DNA of 39,713 nt, from the NCBI RefSeq assembly GCF_006345805.1, contig NW_021835725.1, forward strand, positions 1 to 39,713. Reading direction: 5' to 3'. Source of the DNA: Octopus sinensis. Taxonomy: Eukaryota. Below are positions 35,863 to 39,713 of this stretch, piece after piece (the stretch's first letter is position 1; each line of letters starts with the position of its first letter). A program made the position numbers and the translations under genes. The notes beneath the pieces were generated by a model that was given only the letters and a program-made list of their open reading frames with translations, did no database searches and was not told where the DNA came from.

Positions 35863-36212
35863 GGTTAACTTGAACACTTGAATGTAAGTTTGGGATTTTT
35901 TTCAACTTCTATATAACATTGTTTGTGTGTGTCTTAAAAGGGGCAATCGTTTTCGAAACTGTACCTCTCAGATTCTGCTTCAGAAGTACTGCTAGAATAT
36001 TGGTGACTATGGAATGTTTGGAATCAGGAATAGATTATTCGGTTGATCAAAATAATTCAGTCCCTATCATCGAACATTGGATATACACTACGACGACGAC
36101 GATAACAACGATCACCACCATCACAACCACCACTACCAACACTGCTAGCATCAGTATCACTGCTAGCATCATCACTACCAACATCAGCAATGCCACACGT
36201 TATTATTCCTCT

Positions 36213-36557
36213 GGATGGAAGCACTCCGTCGGTTACGACGACGAGGGTTCCGATTGATCCGATCAACGGAACAGCCTGCTCGTGAAATTAGCGTGTAAGT
36301 AGCTGAGCACTCCACAGACGACACAGAGAGTGACAAGGCCGGCCCTTTGAAATACAGGTACAACAGAAACAGGGAGACTGAGTGAGAGAAAGTTGTGGAG
36401 AAAGAGTACAACAGGGATCACCACCATCCCTGCCGGAGCCTCGTGGAGCTTTAGGTGTTTTCGCTCAATAAACACTCACAACGCCCGGTCTAGGAATCGA
36501 AACCGCGATCCTACGACCGCGAGTCCGCTGCCCTCACCACTGGGCCATTGCGCCTCC
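36213..36557 (-). mobile_element. tRNA-derived SINE family 3, full length, 11-bp TSD
   Basis: Minus-strand head ggaggcgcaatggcccagtggtgagggcagcggactcgcggtcgtaggatcgcggtttcgattcc (A and B boxes); attattcctct at 36202-36212 and 36558-36568. Confidence 0.93.
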
Positions 36558-36764
36558 ATTATTCCTCTACCTATATTCTAACTATCATTACTCCTCTCTA
36601 CAATCTCTCCTTTGCCCTATGCCAACGCTGAGTGTTTGCCAAATACGCGAAAACACTTAATTCACCTGAGTCATGGTCTATCAACACTTATATTAATTAT
36701 TTTTTTATCAGAATGTTCGAGAATGTGAGCGACGTAGGTTGGAGAAAATGGAAAATGCGTGTTT

Positions 36765-36888
36765 TACATGCGTGCGTGCGGGCGTGTGTGTTTGTGTGTG
36801 TGGGTGTGTATTTGTTTGTGTGTGTGCGTGCGTATGAGACTGAGAGAGAAAGAAAGAGAGAGAAAGACATGGACAGAGAGACAGTGAG

Positions 36889-36948
<60 letters not shown>

Positions 36949-36950
36949 TG
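36765..36950. repeat. (TG)n and (GA)n microsatellites
   Basis: Read directly. Confidence 0.92.
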
Positions 36951-37431
36951 TTTAAGTGAGTGAGTGCGATTGTTTGTATGTGTAAGCGCACCCGCGAATG
37001 ACGGCAAAAAATAGAGCAATAACAGAAACATGTTAAATATTAAAAACCCAGGATATAGCTTTATTAATGGTAATAATTCTTATTAACCCTTTATCTGTTA
37101 GACATGAGTCTAACCACTTCAAGAAAGGACTATACATGATTGAATCAACGGCGGCACTTAACGCACAATACAAACGGACGTGCTGTAAAACCATCTAATA
37201 TTGACCCGACGTTCTCCTTGCTTTACATTTTGCTATCTTCATATTTAAACATTGGCACAGAGCCACGCAATGTAGTGGATGCTACAAGCAATTGAATCGT
37301 CGCCTGAAATTAGTAATTGTATTTATACCTGTATTTCATCTTTCTATATTTCGGTAAAATAATTACCAGTAATAGTTTGGCATCGACATATTGCGACACT
37401 TCTGAATTTTATTTTCTAATACTAAGAGTAA

Positions 37432-37985
37432 GAAGGCTAGGTGGCAGAATCCTTCGCACACCGGGAAAAATTCTTAGCGGTATTTCTTCGCTGTTTACGT
37501 TCTCAGTTCAGATTCCATCGCGGTCAGCTTTGCTTTTCATCCTTTCAATGTCGAGAAAATAAATACATTCGAACAGTGAGACCGAAGACATCGACTTACC
37601 TATGTCCCTAAAATTGCTGGCATTGTACCAAAATCTTAACCATTATTAGAAGTAAGGATAAGGCAGTGAGCTGGCAGAATTGTTAGAACGCCAGACAAAT
37701 GATTAGCTGGACTGCGTTCGAATTCCGCTGAGATCAATTTTGCTTTGCATGATTTCGGCCTCAATAAAATATTTAGTAGTTGATCTCTGGGTTTGATATA
37801 ATCGACGAAACCTCATCCCTCAAAATTTCAAGCCTTCTGCCATTAGCAAAAAAGGTTACTAGATATAAGGTTGGTGGACTAGCGTATTATTTAGAGCTTG
37901 GGACACATTGAAATATTCATTCCGTCTCTCAAAATTCTGAGTTTTATTACCACCGAAAAAACGTTTGTGTTTCATCGGTGATTGT
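37432..37985 (+). mobile_element. Cluster of two to three old head-to-tail SINE family 1 copies
   Basis: Heads ggtggcagaatc (~37441) and gagctggcagaattgttag (~37669), each followed by a B-box and tttgc(t/c)tttcat-like body; a third very decayed copy ~37865-37985. Confidence 0.72.
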
Positions 37986-38144
37986 TTCAAAATGGAAATA
38001 ATGTATCACTACATAAAGAGAGGCAAAATCCCCTAAACTACAAGAGGAAAATGGAAACCAAATCTTCAATTAAGAAACTGAAGTGTTCTTTAAAATTTGA
38101 TGACAGAGAGCACGAGTAATAATAGGGAGACCTATATACACGTG

Positions 38145-38494
<350 letters not shown>

Positions 38495-39197
38495 CTACCA
38501 TCCGTGCAACATCTATATTCCTCCCTGCGGCCTGCTAAATCTAATAACCCTGCCGTAAGGCTATACTTCCACACACGCCACCTAATTTAATTCGTCTTTA
38601 GTCGAAAGAAACCTGTCATGTCCTGTTAATTGCACCTGTATTTGTGCAACTTTTCTCTGTTTTTTTTCCGTCCTTGTTTTAGCATACATTCGCTGCCTTC
38701 TTGCAAGGAATCTAATGCTCTTAGCTTAGTTTTTCTTTGGGACTGGCCAAATTGAAGCAATCTCGAGTATAACCAGCCAAAATTGCAAAGATAATCTGGA
38801 GCCCGACTGAGGAAAGAAAACTCCGAATGAGCCGTCCTTGTTTTCTTTGTATCGACTGTCTGGATGTTTTGCGTTCTTGTCCCATTTTTTATATGTATAT
38901 ATATATTTATATATAATATATATATATATATATATATCTGGTATTGGTTGAAAGGAGACGTTGAGCATTGGCTAAAACAATGCGGAGTGAAAATCTAGTA
39001 ACAAGTTGATGTAGAAGTTCATCTGAGTGAGGTTAAAGGGTACACGCAATAATGCCGTCGAGAGAAAGATTTCTAAACGCGGCATGCACTCTCTTCTCAT
39101 GACACAAATAAATGTGCTAGTGTTCGGCGAGTGGAGACTTCACTTGTACCATTTGTATATATGGGTATATGGTAGCCCCTATGTATATATATAATAT

Positions 39198-39247
<50 letters not shown>

Positions 39248-39713
39248 CTAGGCTATCCATGACTCGCCGCGTCACCGGGGAAATCTGAGCTTCCCAGCAA
39301 CGGAGTTTGGTTTTGTGAGATTTGCTTTTCATTTCAAGGTTGTGTCGCATTCTTTCAATGCGGTTTTTCCCCAGAGAAGGAAGATTTGGCTGCTATTTCT
39401 TGCACGCACTGCTACCATATAACAGCTGTTACTCAGTAGCATATAGAAATAGCTAAAAATAGCAGGCAAATCTTTAGACGTTGAATACACTGGAGAAAAA
39501 CTATTTCAAACTGAGGTTACGAACGGATTTTTTTACGAAATATTTACAGTATTTTTAAACTCATTTTTACATTAGAATATTTGTTAAATATGCCAAAAAT
39601 AATTTTTTGTTATGGAACTCACTTGAAAATAATTTAAAACAACATTAAAATATGAACTTTTTAAAGAAAGCCTAAATATAAATACTTACTATACAAACAA
39701 TTTACACTTTTGA

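Noticed and set aside
36480-36557. tRNA gene (also SINE heads at 19250-19331 and 35452-35535)
   Set aside because: A and B boxes are present but run into SINE bodies with tails and TSDs; no clean cloverleaf.
36700-36740. Further splice-like motifs (also 1277-1328 and 8101-8170)
   Set aside because: Such motifs are frequent by chance; no recognisable protein or supporting partner exons.
38807-38830. CTGAGGA..CCGAA as a hammerhead
   Set aside because: Pairing GGA/TCC would consume core residues G8-A9, and GAA is followed by T rather than A; no stem I. The surrounding 38492-38890 looks like an unclassified repeat I cannot name.

Overview
AT-rich eukaryotic, non-genic (intronic or intergenic) DNA. 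The tRNA-derived SINE families and a mollusc-like mitochondrial 12S fragment point to a cephalopod, probably Octopus (inference from remembered family consensus, not a search). I cannot support any intact protein-coding gene: most listed ORFs are microsatellite translation artefacts. The window is a mosaic of long microsatellites and decayed mobile elements: three SINE families, three R4/Dong-like RLE LINE fragments abutting (TAA)n tracts, an L1/Tx1 C-terminal fragment, Penelope-like element (PLE) pieces, a full-length decayed mariner, a DD36E-spaced Tc1 fragment and MITE-like pieces. Most notable: (i) four minimal hammerhead-ribozyme motifs in PLE-like 3' ends, all with an extra A after CYGANGA and a loop-less palindromic ACGT stem III; (ii) a degenerate 33-bp tandem array of at least 20 units; (iii) SINE multimers with a fixed 184-bp unit, one flanked by an 18-bp target-site duplication; (iv) a ~130-bp 12S rRNA NUMT inside a 2.4-kb block with inverted ends, a 220-bp palindrome and a 290-bp direct duplication. 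None of this is demonstrated to be a new biological system; the ribozyme motifs and the 33-bp array are the best leads.
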